Shown one piece after another: positions 1 through 13,313 of a stretch of DNA of 64,000 bases. Location of the stretch: assembly GCA_001179505.1 (NCBI GenBank), contig CDMY01000347.1, positions 62,001 to 126,000 of the forward strand. The letters run 5' to 3'. The DNA is from Vitrella brassicaformis CCMP3155. Taxonomy: Eukaryota; Protista; Chromerida. Each line of letters opens with the position of its first letter. The stretch's first letter is position 1. A program made the translations under genes and the position numbers. The notes below the pieces were generated by a model that saw only the letters and a list, made by a program, of their open reading frames with translations, was not told the origin of the DNA and did not search any database.

Positions 1-2062
1 GGCGCTTCCGTGTGTGGTGTGGTGTGGTGTTGGGTGGTGTGGTAGGGTGTGGAGAAAGGTGAGGAAGAGGGGGAGAGGGGGGAAATGAGGCCAGCAGGCA
101 AGCACGAGGCCGCATTTTTCCCAGTTAGTGCTGCAGCAGAGCTGACCGACTGACCGACCGAGAGCAGTCGACAGCCCAGCTCGTCTGTCTGTCTCGCGGC
201 AGGCGTTGCGTACATACCAGAGCCAAACACATAGACATACCAGAGAGAGAGAGAGAGAGATACACCCGTTAGGGCATGCATCCCATGCTACACGTCCATC
301 CATCCCATATCCATTTATATCGTACGATGCGGTGAGCGCTGTGCTATGCTATGCTGTGGAAAGCAGCAGGGAGTCAGTCAGTCAAGGAGGAGAGAGAGAG
401 GAGCGCTGGATGGGATATATGGGTGGGAGGACGGAGGCTCGCCCTGCCCCCTCCTCCGTGAGGCTCGCCCTGCCCCCTCCTCCGTGCCGTTAGCTCAGCT
501 GACTACTGACTGATCTGCCTTGCCTACGGAATTGTGACCACGACCAGAGAGGGAGAGGAAAGGGACACACAGAAGCGGGAATGACGTCGTGACACTAAGT
601 GAGGTAGACGGAGAGAAACAAACAGGCCACTCGAGAAAACGGCCGATGATTTTTCATTTCATTCGTTCGTTCCATCCGCATAGGGCATCCATCCATCTCT
701 CTATCTTTCTGTCTCTTCGATGGCCGCTCCAACACACATGAGTGGGCACCACCACACACATGAATGATGCGTAAGGACACGTAGATATGGCAGGTGGGTC
801 AGGCAGCGGGCCGTGAGTCAGTCAGGGGAGCAAGGGAAGGTGTCCACACCCCATTCCAACCACCCATCCGCCGTCCTCTCTCCTCATGTCGTCCTCCTGA
901 ACGCGTCTATTCCTCTTTCCCGCCCTGCCCTGTCCTGCCCTTCCCTTCCCTGACCAACCACCAGATTTTTGAGAGAGATCTGCGTTGATGATTCATGCAT
1001 GTCTTTTGGAGTGCTTGTGTGGACTACCACCTACTCTACCTGGCTGCCTGTTTTGCAGCCAGCCATGACAGCTGCTGAATGGATGGAGTGGAAGAACGAG
1101 CGGGGGAGAGGAGCGCATTATTTGACTGACGGTCGACGGTGCAATTTGCTCGTCGTGCATTCATTCAAATGTTCATTCGCACAAGCCATGGTGGGTCGGG
1201 TGTGGTTGGAGGGACTTTTTGCCTGGAGAGGGAGGGCATGGGGCTTTGGCGTGTGGGTGGGTGGGCGGGCGGGCGGGCGCAACGATCCTGAAAGGAAGAT
1301 GCAGGCCGCCTGGCTGCCCGACCCGCCGACTGACTGACCCGACCTCATGGATGGATGGATGGATGGCTGGCTGCCACATTCTTATTGCTCATTGTTGACG
1401 GCTGGCTGTAGTATGCGAAATGCAGTCTCCACGCGTGCGGCCATCGATGCGTGCGCGTTGCTTGCAATGCATGAGTGATGGATGAATGATGAGTACATGC
1501 ATGGCATTTTTGCGAGAGATCATCTCGCGTGTGGGTGTCGATGTATGGATGTCGTGTGCAAGTTTTCTCCTCCACTCATTCCTTCGTCACGCACATGCGC
1601 GTGATCACAACACACAGACAGACAGAGAGAGAGAGAGAGCGTATTTGTGCTGCAGAGTCAGGTCGGGGGGGGGAGGGGTGGGGAAGGGGTTGTGGTCTGC
1701 GCGCTGAAGTCTTCTTCTTTCATCAGTGTGTGCGTGCGTGTCTGCGTGTGGTGTGGTGTGGTGTCATGACGAGAGGAGTGCAGTGAATGTCCGTCCGTCC
1801 ATCCATATGTCCACGTCTACTGCTGTGATGTGCCTGTATGCCTGTGTGTGTGTATGTGTGTGCGCTGTATTTTTCTGCCCTTGGCAGGCACAGCTGAGCG
1901 GGGGAGATCGATCCGTTGCCACTTTTTCACCACCACCACCACCGTGTGTCATTCTGTGTCATGCTGTGCGATGCTGTGTGACGCTGTGTTGTCTTTCCCA
2001 TCATCCATGTATGCTTGACTGAGTCGGGGAGGGAGCGGGGAGGGGGGGGGGGGAGGGCATGG
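1..2062. repeat. Microsatellite-rich non-coding region ((GTG/GTGTG)n, (GA)n, (GGAT)n, (GT)n)
   Basis: Dense simple repeats; all ORFs here translate to low-complexity repeat-derived peptides with no recognisable domain. Confidence 0.7.
434..485. repeat. Perfect 2 x 26 bp tandem direct repeat
   Basis: GAGGCTCGCCCTGCCCCCTCCTCCGT occurs at 434-459 and 460-485. Confidence 0.9.
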
Positions 2063-2362
2063 NNNNNNNNNNNNNNNNNNNNNNNNNNNNNNNNNNNNNN
2101 NNNNNNNNNNNNNNNNNNNNNNNNNNNNNNNNNNNNNNNNNNNNNNNNNNNNNNNNNNNNNNNNNNNNNNNNNNNNNNNNNNNNNNNNNNNNNNNNNNNN
2201 NNNNNNNNNNNNNNNNNNNNNNNNNNNNNNNNNNNNNNNNNNNNNNNNNNNNNNNNNNNNNNNNNNNNNNNNNNNNNNNNNNNNNNNNNNNNNNNNNNNN
2301 NNNNNNNNNNNNNNNNNNNNNNNNNNNNNNNNNNNNNNNNNNNNNNNNNNNNNNNNNNNNNN
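2063..2362. other. Assembly gap (300 N)
   Basis: Run of exactly 300 N; GGAGGGCATGG flanks both sides. Confidence 0.99.
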
Positions 2363-3986
2363 GGAGGGCATGGTGGGTGAGAGAGAGCCAGAGAGAGCGA
2401 CAGAGAAGAGAGTGTGTGTATGCCATGTAACTACCTGCTTCTACTTACTGTGTTCTTGCACTAAGGCAGCGCAACAGCACATTAAGCTAACAGACACATC
2501 GAGAGAGAGATCAAGAGACGGTGTAGCAGACAGACAAGAGAGAGGACTGATGCGCGAGACAGAGAGAGAGAGAGAGAGAGCGCCGGGGAATGACAAGAGC
2601 GTTCTGTAGTCCATATAATGATATATCATGTCTCATTCATTCAGTCATTCATGGGTCGCTGGAGCTCGCTCGTCCAGCCGCACAGACAGCCAGTACTTCC
2701 TGTGGATGAGTGTTATTTTGAATGGACGTGGGGCTCCCTGCCTGGCTGGCTGGCTGGCTGGATGGATGGATGGCTGCTTGCCCTAGCTACTGACTGAGCT
2801 TCTTCCCTTCCTCCCTCCCTCCCTCCCTCCCTACACAAACCTAGTAACCACAAATTGACTCAAGAGGCCCACCACACGTGTGTGTGACGGACGACTGGCT
2901 GTCTCGTCTCTCTGATATGGATTGTTTCTTTCAAGGGCAGGCAGCGACAAGACCACACAGCACACCAATGAATGCATTGTGGTGCTGTGTTCGTTTCCAC
3001 GTACGTTTGTGCATGTATTTTTCGTCCCACAAGGGCGCACGCGCATCATGCCTGCACCGGACAGCACAGCACCCCAGTCACCAGACCTGACGAATGTGTG
3101 TGTGGTGTGATGGATGGGTTTGGTCGTCCGTTGTGTGCATGTGTGGGCGTCCATCCGTGATACACACCCATCCATCCATCCATCCCCCGCCATGGCATCC
3201 ACCCATGTGCCAGCTGTACATATCATACGCACTGCAGACACACACCGACACACAAGGCCAGACAGCACGTGCGCCTCGTTTTTCTCCCTCGCCGCTCGTC
3301 TGTGTGTGTGTGTGTGTGTCTGAGTCTGAGTCTGAGTCTGATGATGGATGGATATTGTCGCAGCCAGCTCCCTGCCTGTTTCAATTTTGGCTGAGGTGGC
3401 GGAGGAGCAGCTGGCTGCACGCGTGACTGCGTCGCACCCACATGACAGACACCAGTGGACCTTGCGAAATGCTTACATGATTCGTGTAAAACACGCCTGC
3501 CCGCGAAGCATGTCCACCGTGGCTCGATGGATGAGGTGAGTGGCGAGAACGACTTCTTTGCCACCCACCTCATCCCGATTCGTTCGAGCTTCAAGGAAAG
3601 GCACGTAGCTGCAGATCCGCCATCGGTGAAGTCAATGCCTTCATCCTTGAGCACCGCCACGACTAGAGGGCACACGGCTCCGTCTCTCCCTCCTCAATAC
3701 TGTTTGTCTTCTTTTGATGTATGCTGATGGTATGAACGAAAATGGAAGAACCACGGTCGCTGGCTGTGGGAACGAGAGGGGAGACACGTCCGTCAATTGA
3801 GCACGAACATCGATATATATATCACTCTATGTTGGGTCGGAGTGAGTGACAGAGTAAAACGGTGAAAGACAATTAATGCATCAGTCTCGCAGACGTCATG
3901 CGAAGAAGCCATCAGGAAAAGCACAACAAACAGGAGGAGGAGACACAGCTCTTATGTCTGAGACACACAAGCATATGAGCTAGGGC

Positions 3987-4905
3987 CTACTGCGTGTTCA
4001 ACATCCACATAGCTATAACCATCGCAACGTATAGACTCCATAGCAAGGATGAGGACAGATACCATGTCCTATGTGACCTATAGGCGCCTGATTCGCCTTC
4101 TAGCTTCCTCTCTGCGTACTTCTCCATCTGTGAGCGCATCTCATCCGCCGACTTGCACTCACCTGCAGCAGACACACGCACACACAAGCCAGGCGCCCAT
4201 CCAGGCATCCAGGCACTTTCTTTCTTTGAGCAGCTCACCAGATGAGTCATACGTGCTCATGACGTCTCCTGTGCAGACAGACAGACAGACAGAGAGTTGT
4301 CTCTCCCTCTCTTCTCCGTCCGCGGGTACGTGTGCTCGGGTAGGGTACCTACCTTCCCTTATTTGCGTGACGAGGTCGCTCTCCCTCTTGGTATACAGCC
4401 GGTCGTAGCGCAGCTTGTTGTCCTCCGTGTAGAGTCGGACGTCATACACAGACATGCACTTCTTCTCACTGCACACACACATCCATGCCATGCCATGCAC
4501 GTGAGCCGCGCCCATAAAGGGAGTGGGCTGGGCCTCTCTTGCTGGCCTACGTATTGTCAGCTGAGCAGATGGGTGGGATGAATTCGGGACATGACGATTT
4601 ATCGCACTGAGTGATGTCTGCATGCCATGCCATCCCGTTCACAGGCATGACATGACCTTATCCGTATGTCTCTCTCTCCTTTGTGTGTTGCCATGAGTCG
4701 TCGAGTACCGACCGTACCTGTCGGTTTGCCTTTCTGCCAGTCCTTGTTGCCGCACGGACACCTGCAAACATCCACCAGCCGCAAACCGTGTGATTGATGT
4801 CCCTGGCACATGGAAACGCATCACATGCAGGCACACCCGCGTTTTTTGAGGTCTTCCACACGGCCTGTCGAGTGGGGAGTCAGCTGCATGCCATGCCATG
4901 GACGC

Positions 4906-4937
<32 letters not shown>

Positions 4938-6543
4938 AGTCAGAAAGGAAAAACCCACCCATCGGGCTGTGCTGTGCTGTGCTGTGCGTGTGTATCCTGC
5001 CAACTCACTTGGATTTTGTTGTAGGTATATTGTGTGGTGAGAATGTATGTGTTTGTCCAGGGGTCGATCCTCGTCGACTGCACCGTATACGCGGCCTCCA
5101 GCAACAACGCTGCGCACACACACACAGACACACACACAGAGAGAGAGACAGAGGGGCATACGAAGAGCAATTTGTGGATGCATGTGTGTGTGGATGCGCT
5201 TAGAATACCATAGTCCAATGTCTCCTCCTCTCTGGAACACTTGAGCTGCCTGCATGGCATGGATTCGCATACAGACATCCCCCACCCACACGTGCTTTCT
5301 TTCATATGGGTGTTGTGGGGGATGAAGGGGGTACGTGCCTGTTGCTCTTGTGATGGTCGTCCATTTCCAGGTACACGTTGTCACGCGAGTACATTGACAG
5401 AGACTCCCTGCACACACACACATGGGTAGGTAGGTAGGTACAGACGCTCCCGTGCACTGCACCACACAAACCTGAACATGTGTGGTCCGTGCTCCTCCCT
5501 CTCCATCGACGAGCACTCCAGCGACCACTCACCACACAGACGGTCAACTGACCGACAGACAGGCAGACAAACAGACACACAGAGGGCATGTTCGTTCAAT
5601 GCATACAAACTGAGGGACACATACCAGTGGTGACTGGCGTGATGACCCGTTTCCCGGCTCCGTCAGCAGCTGGTGGTCGTGGCTGTTGTGGCTGCTGCCG
5701 ACACGGACATAACTGACACCCTACACGGACGCAGAAACAGAGAGACACCGACGTGTGTGTATGTCTTGGGCATAGGCACACCAGCAACCCACCACTGAGT
5801 CACTGACCTGCCGGCAGAGTCTGCCCCATCAGCGGCCCCTGCAGCCCCAGACCGACTCCAGACGTCGTCGACTGCTGCTGCGGCTGCTGTGGGGGCAGTG
5901 GTTGTGGCTGTGGCTGCTGCTGCGGCTGGAAGGGCTGCATTGGCTGCATTGGCTGGCCCCCCGCTGCTGCAGTGGGCGGCCCAACCTGCTGCTGTGGCTG
6001 CATTGGGGCAACAGCCACCGGCTGACTCACCTGCTGCAGTGGTGGCTGTAGTACGGGCGGGGGCAGGCCGGCTCCTTGCTGCTGAGGTACATTACCACTC
6101 CATTGCTGTGGTGGCGGCACCTGGGGGGGCAGCTGGCGAGCGGCCACAATTGCAGGTGGCTGAGGTGCGCTCACACTGACAGGCGACTGCTGGGGCGGCT
6201 GCTGCTGCTGACCCCCGTTGCCGACAGAGACAGACACTTGCTGCTGCTGCTGCGGCAATGGTGGGGCCTGTGGCGGCTGTTGTGGTGGAGGAGGGACGTT
6301 TGGTGCACCAGCAGCGCCCGCAGCAGCGACAGCCTGGGGAGCGGATACATTAGGCTGCTCTTGCTGCTGTGGGCCGCTGGGCGGCTGCTGTGCCTGCTCT
6401 TGTTGCGGCGGCTGGTTTGTGTCCTGAGGAGGAGCTTCCTGTTGCTGTGGCTGCTGCTGCTGCTGCTGCTCACTGCTGGTGGTCTCTTGTGGGCTCTGTT
6501 GGGTGTCTTGTGCTGGTGGCTGGGCGGCTTGTGTGTCCTGGGC

Positions 6544-6574
<31 letters not shown>

Positions 6575-7403
6575 GAGACAGACAGACAGAATGAGACAAA
6601 CACACAACAGAGCCCTCGGTGCGAATGCGTCTATCTGTTGAGGCTAGTTCGCCGCGCGTACGTCAGTCTGGCCGCCGTCTCCGTCTCCCTCTGAAGCCTC
6701 CCTGACCACCATAGTAGAGGTGTCACGCTGGTGCAGCGACGGACGCCCAGCGGACTTTACATTGGCACCCGGCATCATCATCTCGGCTGCAAAAGTGTGT
6801 GTATCATGCTCATGCCGCACACACACATGGGTCTGGTCTCTCCGCTTAGCTGGCTTACGTGTGATGTATTGTGCCGGTGGGAGTGGCATGGGAGGTGGCG
6901 GGAGGGGCACCATATAGGGGCCATAGGCGTACATGGCCGCTGCTGCCGCGGCCGCGGCTGGCGTCATTGGCGGGGGTGGGGGATACACATACATCGACAG
7001 AGGGTAGTCCTTGCCTGGGTCGGTCGAAACACACACACAGACAGTGAATGAGTGAGAGTGTGTTCCCTTCTCTCTCTGCAACAGTGGCCGGCCAACCGAC
7101 CTCTCTCTCTGTTCTTGATTGAGAGAAATGACAGCGGGGAATCATGCAGAAGCTGCTGACGCCCGTCAGACTCTCTCGTCCCGTTCGCGCAGCTGCGGGC
7201 CCCGCCTTTGCTCCTGCCTTCCCTGCACACACACACACAGACACACACACACACACACACAAGGCAGGCACGCAGGCAGGCGCCACGCGTGTTCGTGCAG
7301 CTGCATTATTGCATTACCTGTGAGCCGTCTCTGCGATTGTCCCACCCATCATGACGACGACGACAACGCACCCGAGTCTCAGCAGCCGAAACAACGATGC
7401 CAT
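3987..7403 (-). CDS. Secreted/surface protein: signal peptide, Pro/Ala- and Gln/Pro-rich stalk, Cys-containing globular domain, C-terminal hydrophobic (GPI-signal or TM) tail
   Basis: Multi-exon model from MASLFRLLRLGCVVVVVMMGGTIAETAH (ATG 7403) through GKDYPLSMYVYPPPPP, the Q/P-rich exon (about 5808-6540), VDRLCGEWSLECS, LLLEAAYTVQSTRIDPW and YDVRLYTEDNKLRYDRLY to SSSLLWSLYVAMVIAMWMLNTQ* (3987). Splice phases checked at most junctions; some internal boundaries are approximate. Confidence 0.7.
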
Positions 7404-7644
7404 GGTTCGCCCTGCAGTGCTCGTGCCACATTCATCTCATCCCTAGGGAGGGATGGGCTTGCAAGGGCTCTCGACGATCGCCGCCTCCCTCCACCATTTG
7501 CGAGCTTGACAGAGCTCTTCCTTCTCTTTAGCTGTTCTGACATAGACAGAGAGCACAGACAGTGCTCATCAAGACGGCTTTGCTGTGTCGTTCTTGCTCG
7601 GTTCTCTCTGCAGCAGTCACTGACAGCCTTGCCTTGTGTGTGTG
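7404..7644. promoter_or_regulatory. Putative bidirectional promoter with TGCGAGCTT at 7499-7507
   Basis: 241 bp between divergent ATGs (7403 minus, 7645 plus); contains the recurrent motif. Confidence 0.55.
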
Positions 7645-8843
7645 ATGCGCCTGCGCTCGTTTTGCTGGCCGTGGCTGTTGGTGTGTGGGTGCAGTGCTGT
7701 CTATGGAAAGCTGAGAACGACACGCTCGGCGCACACGGTATGTCAGCACACACACACACACACACGCATATCTCAGGGTGGCGCATTCTTCGTGTGTGTG
7801 TTTGTGTGTGGTTTGTGTGTTCTGCAGAATGAGACTGGCGCATTAGTCCGTTTGCTGCAAGGTGGCAATGGCGATGGTGATAGCGATGGCGGCAGCGTGC
7901 TGGAGGAGATCGAGAGTATGCCGACACACATGAATACGAGAGAGAAAGAGAGAGTGTCCATCATCATATCTGTGGCGCTCTGTGGTGACACCACAGGCAG
8001 CCCCTACCTGTGGCCGGAGAAGATACACAGCCTCCACACAGCAGAGGACGTACACACACTCACACACACACACACACAACAGGACACACAGAGCTGAGGT
8101 ATGTGTGTGTGTCGATATATACGACATGGTAGGTCGTGTCCGCCACTCGCGAGCTGCTGCTGTCCATATTCAGAGAGTGGTTCGGCGAGAAGAGGGTCAG
8201 TGCACTCACTGCACTCACTGCATACGGCCGTTCGTCTGGGGCGTGTGTGCACGTGTGTGTGTGTGTGTGCTGCAGGTGACGCACATCATAATGGTGGGCG
8301 CTGTGGGCGGCGGCGAAGGTGGGAACATGCAGCACATGAGTCCATCCACAAGCACGTGTTTCTGTGTCTGTGTGCCTTCATTTCCTTCCACAGGCGAGAA
8401 TAAGGGCGACATGGCCATCAACTGGGCGCAGGACATCCTCTTCAAAGAACTCGGTACACACGCAAACGCACACCCACGGCGGCAACACAAAGCGACAAGA
8501 ACGACACATTGATGTGTGTGACGCGTGTGAGTGTGTGTGTGTGTGTGTAGGCATCAGTGTGTGGCGGTATTGCCAGCTGCAGAGCGGGTGCGACTTCAAA
8601 CAGATGAAGAGGGAATGGGCCAAGGAGAAAGACAAACATGAAAGTACCCTCACACGCATTCACACGCACAGAGAGAGAGAGAGAGAGAGATCTGCCACAC
8701 ACACATACACATACACTGTGTGTTGACGCAGATGCCCAGCTGTGTGTGGTGTCTTTGGCTGGCGGCAACTTCAACGACAAGTGGGGAAGGGTGATGCAGG
8801 TGCGCTGTGCGGCCAGCCATACTCATCTGCACAGAGGGGGCAT

Positions 8844-8877
<34 letters not shown>

Positions 8878-9610
8878 TGTGCAGAAACTGCGAATCGACA
8901 TGGCCAAGAACTTCCAAGACGTTCCCATGATGATCCTCCCACAGGTAGCTCTCACGGGCATGCGCCTGAATGAGATGCACTTCTTTCTCTCTCTGTCTCT
9001 CTCTCTGCGCGACTGACTGCACACACAGAGCACCAAGTACGCCGACGCGTCCATCGAGAAGAAGCATGCCCAGGGCATGAAGCACCCTGACAGCGGTGCG
9101 GCCAACACACACATAAGCGACCACACACACAGTGGTGTGCTGTGTGGCCCTACAGCCTTCTGTGCGCGCGACAAGGCCTCATATGAGTGGACCATCAAAT
9201 CGCAGTTCAAGAGCACCTTCACACGTACGCCGGATGCCTCAACCCACAAACACACACACACACACACAGAGCCATTCATTCTCACGTGTGTGTCTGGTTG
9301 CCCAATGAACGAACGACTGACTGCAGGGATATTCCACACGCCCGACATCGCCTTCATGCTGGGCACACTGCCGAAGCCGGCCGTGGAGCAGCAGAGAGAC
9401 GTGCTGTGGCTGGAGGTAAGTCTGTCTGTGTCTGTGTCCCCATCCCGCCACCTCTCTCTCCGTCTCTCTCTCTGTGTGTGTGGGGGGGGTGGGTGGATAG
9501 CGCACTGACGGCGAGAAGGCCGCTTACGAGCTGCCCACTTTCCCTGAGGGCGTCTCTCAGTGACCAAACCATCCACACACACAACACACGCACAATCAAA
9601 TGAATGCGCG

Positions 9611-9644
<34 letters not shown>

Positions 9645-9966
9645 TAGTTATGTTGAGGATTGGTTCACGTGGAAGGTCATGGACATCCCAGCCTGGGAAA
9701 CATGGGATCAGTTCGTCGACCTCCTGGCCAAGCCGCGCACCCTCAATGGACTGGAGTACGCACTCAAATAAGCGGCACACACACACGCATCTATGGATCT
9801 GTGTGTTCGTTCCTTCGTGTGTGTGTGTGCAGGTTCCTTGCGCGCGGCCGAGTGGTGGTGACAGACAGGCTGCACGGGCACATTCTGTGCACTCTGATGG
9901 TGCGTCCGTTGCCCATTGCCCATCCGGACACTCATGCAGTGTGCCCAGGCGTCCATCGACGATATC

Positions 9967-10005
<39 letters not shown>

Positions 10006-13000
10006 TCCAGGGCCACCCCCATGTGGTGCTCGACAACGTGTACAGGAAGCTGGGCAACTATCTCGACACATGGACTGGGGGTGAGCAAGCCAAGCAACCC
10101 AGCCACCCTCCCACGAACGAAGGAGCTACACGAGATCACACCATTGTGTGTGTGTGTGTGTGTGTATGTGTGTGTAGGTGTGAGCAACATCATGTACACG
10201 ACCGACGCGCAGATGGCCATGAGGCTCGCCATGTTTTTGCTCTCACGGTGTGTGCGTGTGTGTCACCCTCTGTGCCCATCCATCCATCCGCGTGCGCGTG
10301 TGTGTGTGTGTGTGTGTGCGAAGCTACAAGGATGAGTCCCATTTCGACAAGAACTCGTGCTTCATGCGCGACGCCGGTGTGTGTGATCGGCATGGCATCC
10401 ACACACACACGCTTGCCGATCGTTCCTTCGTGTGAATCTCCTTCTCTCCTTCTGCCTCTGTGTGTGTGTGCGTGTCATTCTGCAGGCCTCACACCGTCTC
10501 TCTGCTGCGTGCCGGAAGGTATCTATCGTGCCACACACACACACACACACAAATCACATGATGCACGCCACACGTGTGTGTGACTTGTATGTGTGTGTGG
10601 GTGGGTGTGTCCACTGTAGGCGACAATTCCTCGACAGAGGGCGACGCCAAATACCTGAGCGGCAAGTGCTGGGTGAGTGAGTGAGCCAGCCAGGCAGCCG
10701 TGCAGTGTCTGTGTGTCTGTGTCTGTGTCTGTCCATCGCTCCATGGACTGGACGTGTGTGTCTTGTCTGCAGGGCGGCAAGTACACCTACAAGTCGTGCT
10801 GTGGCGGCGAGGGCGGGGAGAGCCCCGTCGAACAACAAGTAGCACTTACTGCCTGTGCTGTGATGATGATGCGATTCCCTCTGTGCTGTGTGCGATGGCA
10901 TCGATCGCATTCTGTGTGGTGTGCAGGAGCTGGCGTCACTGGCCGACCGAATGCGCGAGAAGGAAGCAGACGAGGACGGACCTGCTATAGGTACACACCG
11001 CACACACCTGGCCTGGAGGGAGGGAGGGAGGGAGGGATGGGCACACACGCGATGCGATGCCATGTGTGTGTCCGTGTGGCCCATACATCCATCCAGTGTC
11101 TGACCCCGACGCCATGCTCAAGGAGGCCCGCGATCAGCAGCAGGGCGGCACCACCAGCGGCAGCAGCAGCAGCAAAGAGGGCAACTCGCAACAGGCCGAC
11201 GGAGATGAAGTGGCCGAGGAAACAGGTATACGTGTGGTTGTCCACACACACACGCCCGGGGCATGTTTGTTTGTCTGTGTGTGTGTGTGTGTGTGCGTCG
11301 AGCAGAGGAAGACCAGCAGCAGCAAGGGCAACAAGAGAAGCAGCAAGAGGCCCCCCCAGCACCACAACCAGCAGCACCACAACCAGCAGCAGCAGCAGCA
11401 GCCGACATCATCAGCACGGTAAACCCACACACACACCCCTCCGCTCATACACACACACTGTAGTTGCTCCCTACCTGCAGCTGGCCAGCGACCCTTCCCA
11501 CTTCCCCAACGCCATTAGGAAGATAACCGACGCGCAGGAGCTGGTGCCCTCTCTCCGTCTGGTGCTCCTCACCGCTATGAAGCAAGCCTTCGTTGACGAG
11601 TAATCACTCTTAAACACACACTCTTCAACACACACCCGCACAGAGAGAGAGAGAGGGGGGGGGGAGAGGGAGAGTCTGTGTGTATGTGTGTCTGTGCAGT
11701 GACGGCCAGCCGATAAGGCGCGGCATAATGGTGGGCGCTGAGGGCGGCGGCGAAGGTGGGAACAGCACATGAGTCCATCCATCCACAAGCACGTGTTTCT
11801 GTGTCTGTGTGTGTTCATTATTTTCCTTCCACAGGCGAGAATAAGGGCGACATGGCCATCAACTGGGCGCAGGACATCCTCTTCAAAGAACTCGGCATCG
11901 ACATCATCTGGTGCGGCTTGGGCGTGGCGTGGCGTCCGCCCACAAATTGTCCACCCACACTGGTTGGTGTCTGTGTGCGCGTGTGTGTGCAGGTATTGCC
12001 AGCTGCAGTACAACTGTGACTTTGGCAAGGCGCTGGAAACCATCGAGAGAAGCGCAGACGACAAGTCGCCTGTGGCCGTCATGTCCATCGCCGGCGGCAA
12101 CTTCAACGACTTCTCGCCCATGCAGGCAAGCCCACCACACGCCCCTCCCGACACACCTGACAGACATGCACTGTGGACGACGGCTGATGTCGATGTGTGT
12201 GCAGGAGTTGCGCGTCAACATGAGCAAGGCATTCCCCGACCAGCCCGTCTTCATGCTGCCGCAAAGCGTGCGCTCCCTGACACACAATCATGGCATGGAC
12301 CTTTTGTTACCCATATATGTGTGTGTGTGCGTGTGCGCGCGTGTGTGTGTGTGTGTGTGTAGGTGGTTTACAACGACGCTAAGCTGCTCAAGCGGCATGC
12401 AGACGGCATGGCGCACGACAGAAGCACCATGTTCGCGAGAGATGTGAGGGCATGCCACACACACACACACATTCCTCTGTGTCTGTGTCTGAGTGTGTGT
12501 GGATCCTCTGTGTGTGTGGCTGGCTCGGCTTGTTGTGTGTCGGGTATGGGTGGGTGCAGCTGCCCTCCTACACGAAGCTGCAGAGCGGTCCATTCAAGGA
12601 CGCATTCAAACGCATTTACCTGGTTAGTGCAGTGCCTGTCTGTTCTGTGTCCACACGCACAGGTCTCTCTCCCTCCCTCTCTCTGTGCGCGCGTGTGTGT
12701 GTGTGCAGGTGCCGGACATCGCGTACATGCTCGGCATGCGGCAAGATCTCGAGGCAAGAGCACAGCCACACACACACACACACACATGAAATGGAGGCTT
12801 CCTGTGTGGTGTGGTGTGGTGTGGTGTGCACTCACTGCACAGCTGGATCCGCCTGTACACGATCTGCTGTGGCTCAAGAGAGTGGACAACGAGAGGCAAC
12901 GGTACCTAGAGACTTACTGATTGCGATAGATAGAGTAATTAGATGCTCGCTCGTGGACGTGACGTGCAAATGTGGCTGTGCACTGCACTTCGTAGGTATA

Positions 13001-13278
13001 AGCCGCCCGTCTTCTCAGAAGGCGTCGACTTCGTTGTCGAAGACTGGTCAGCCAGCATCTCCATCCATCCATCCAGCCATGTCTGTGTCCATGTCTGTGT
13101 CTGTGTGTTGGCAGGTTTCCTTACATGAAGACATCGGCCAAGTGGACGGACTGGTCGTCTTTCGTCGAGAACCTCGCGGAACCCAGGACCATCAACGGCT
13201 TCAAGTGGGTGTCTGTCTCTTCCGCCCACCCACTCTTCCACACACACACACACACGCATCAGCTCTCCCTCTCTCTCC

Positions 13279-13313
<35 letters not shown>

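Noticed and set aside
1949-2430. ORFs spanning the first N gap
   Set aside because: Artefacts of translating N as X.
8650-10071. 473-aa minus-strand ORF and other long antisense ORFs over the pyruvyltransferase gene
   Set aside because: Antisense shadow of GC-rich plus-strand exons interleaved with microsatellite-derived THTH/RERE peptides.
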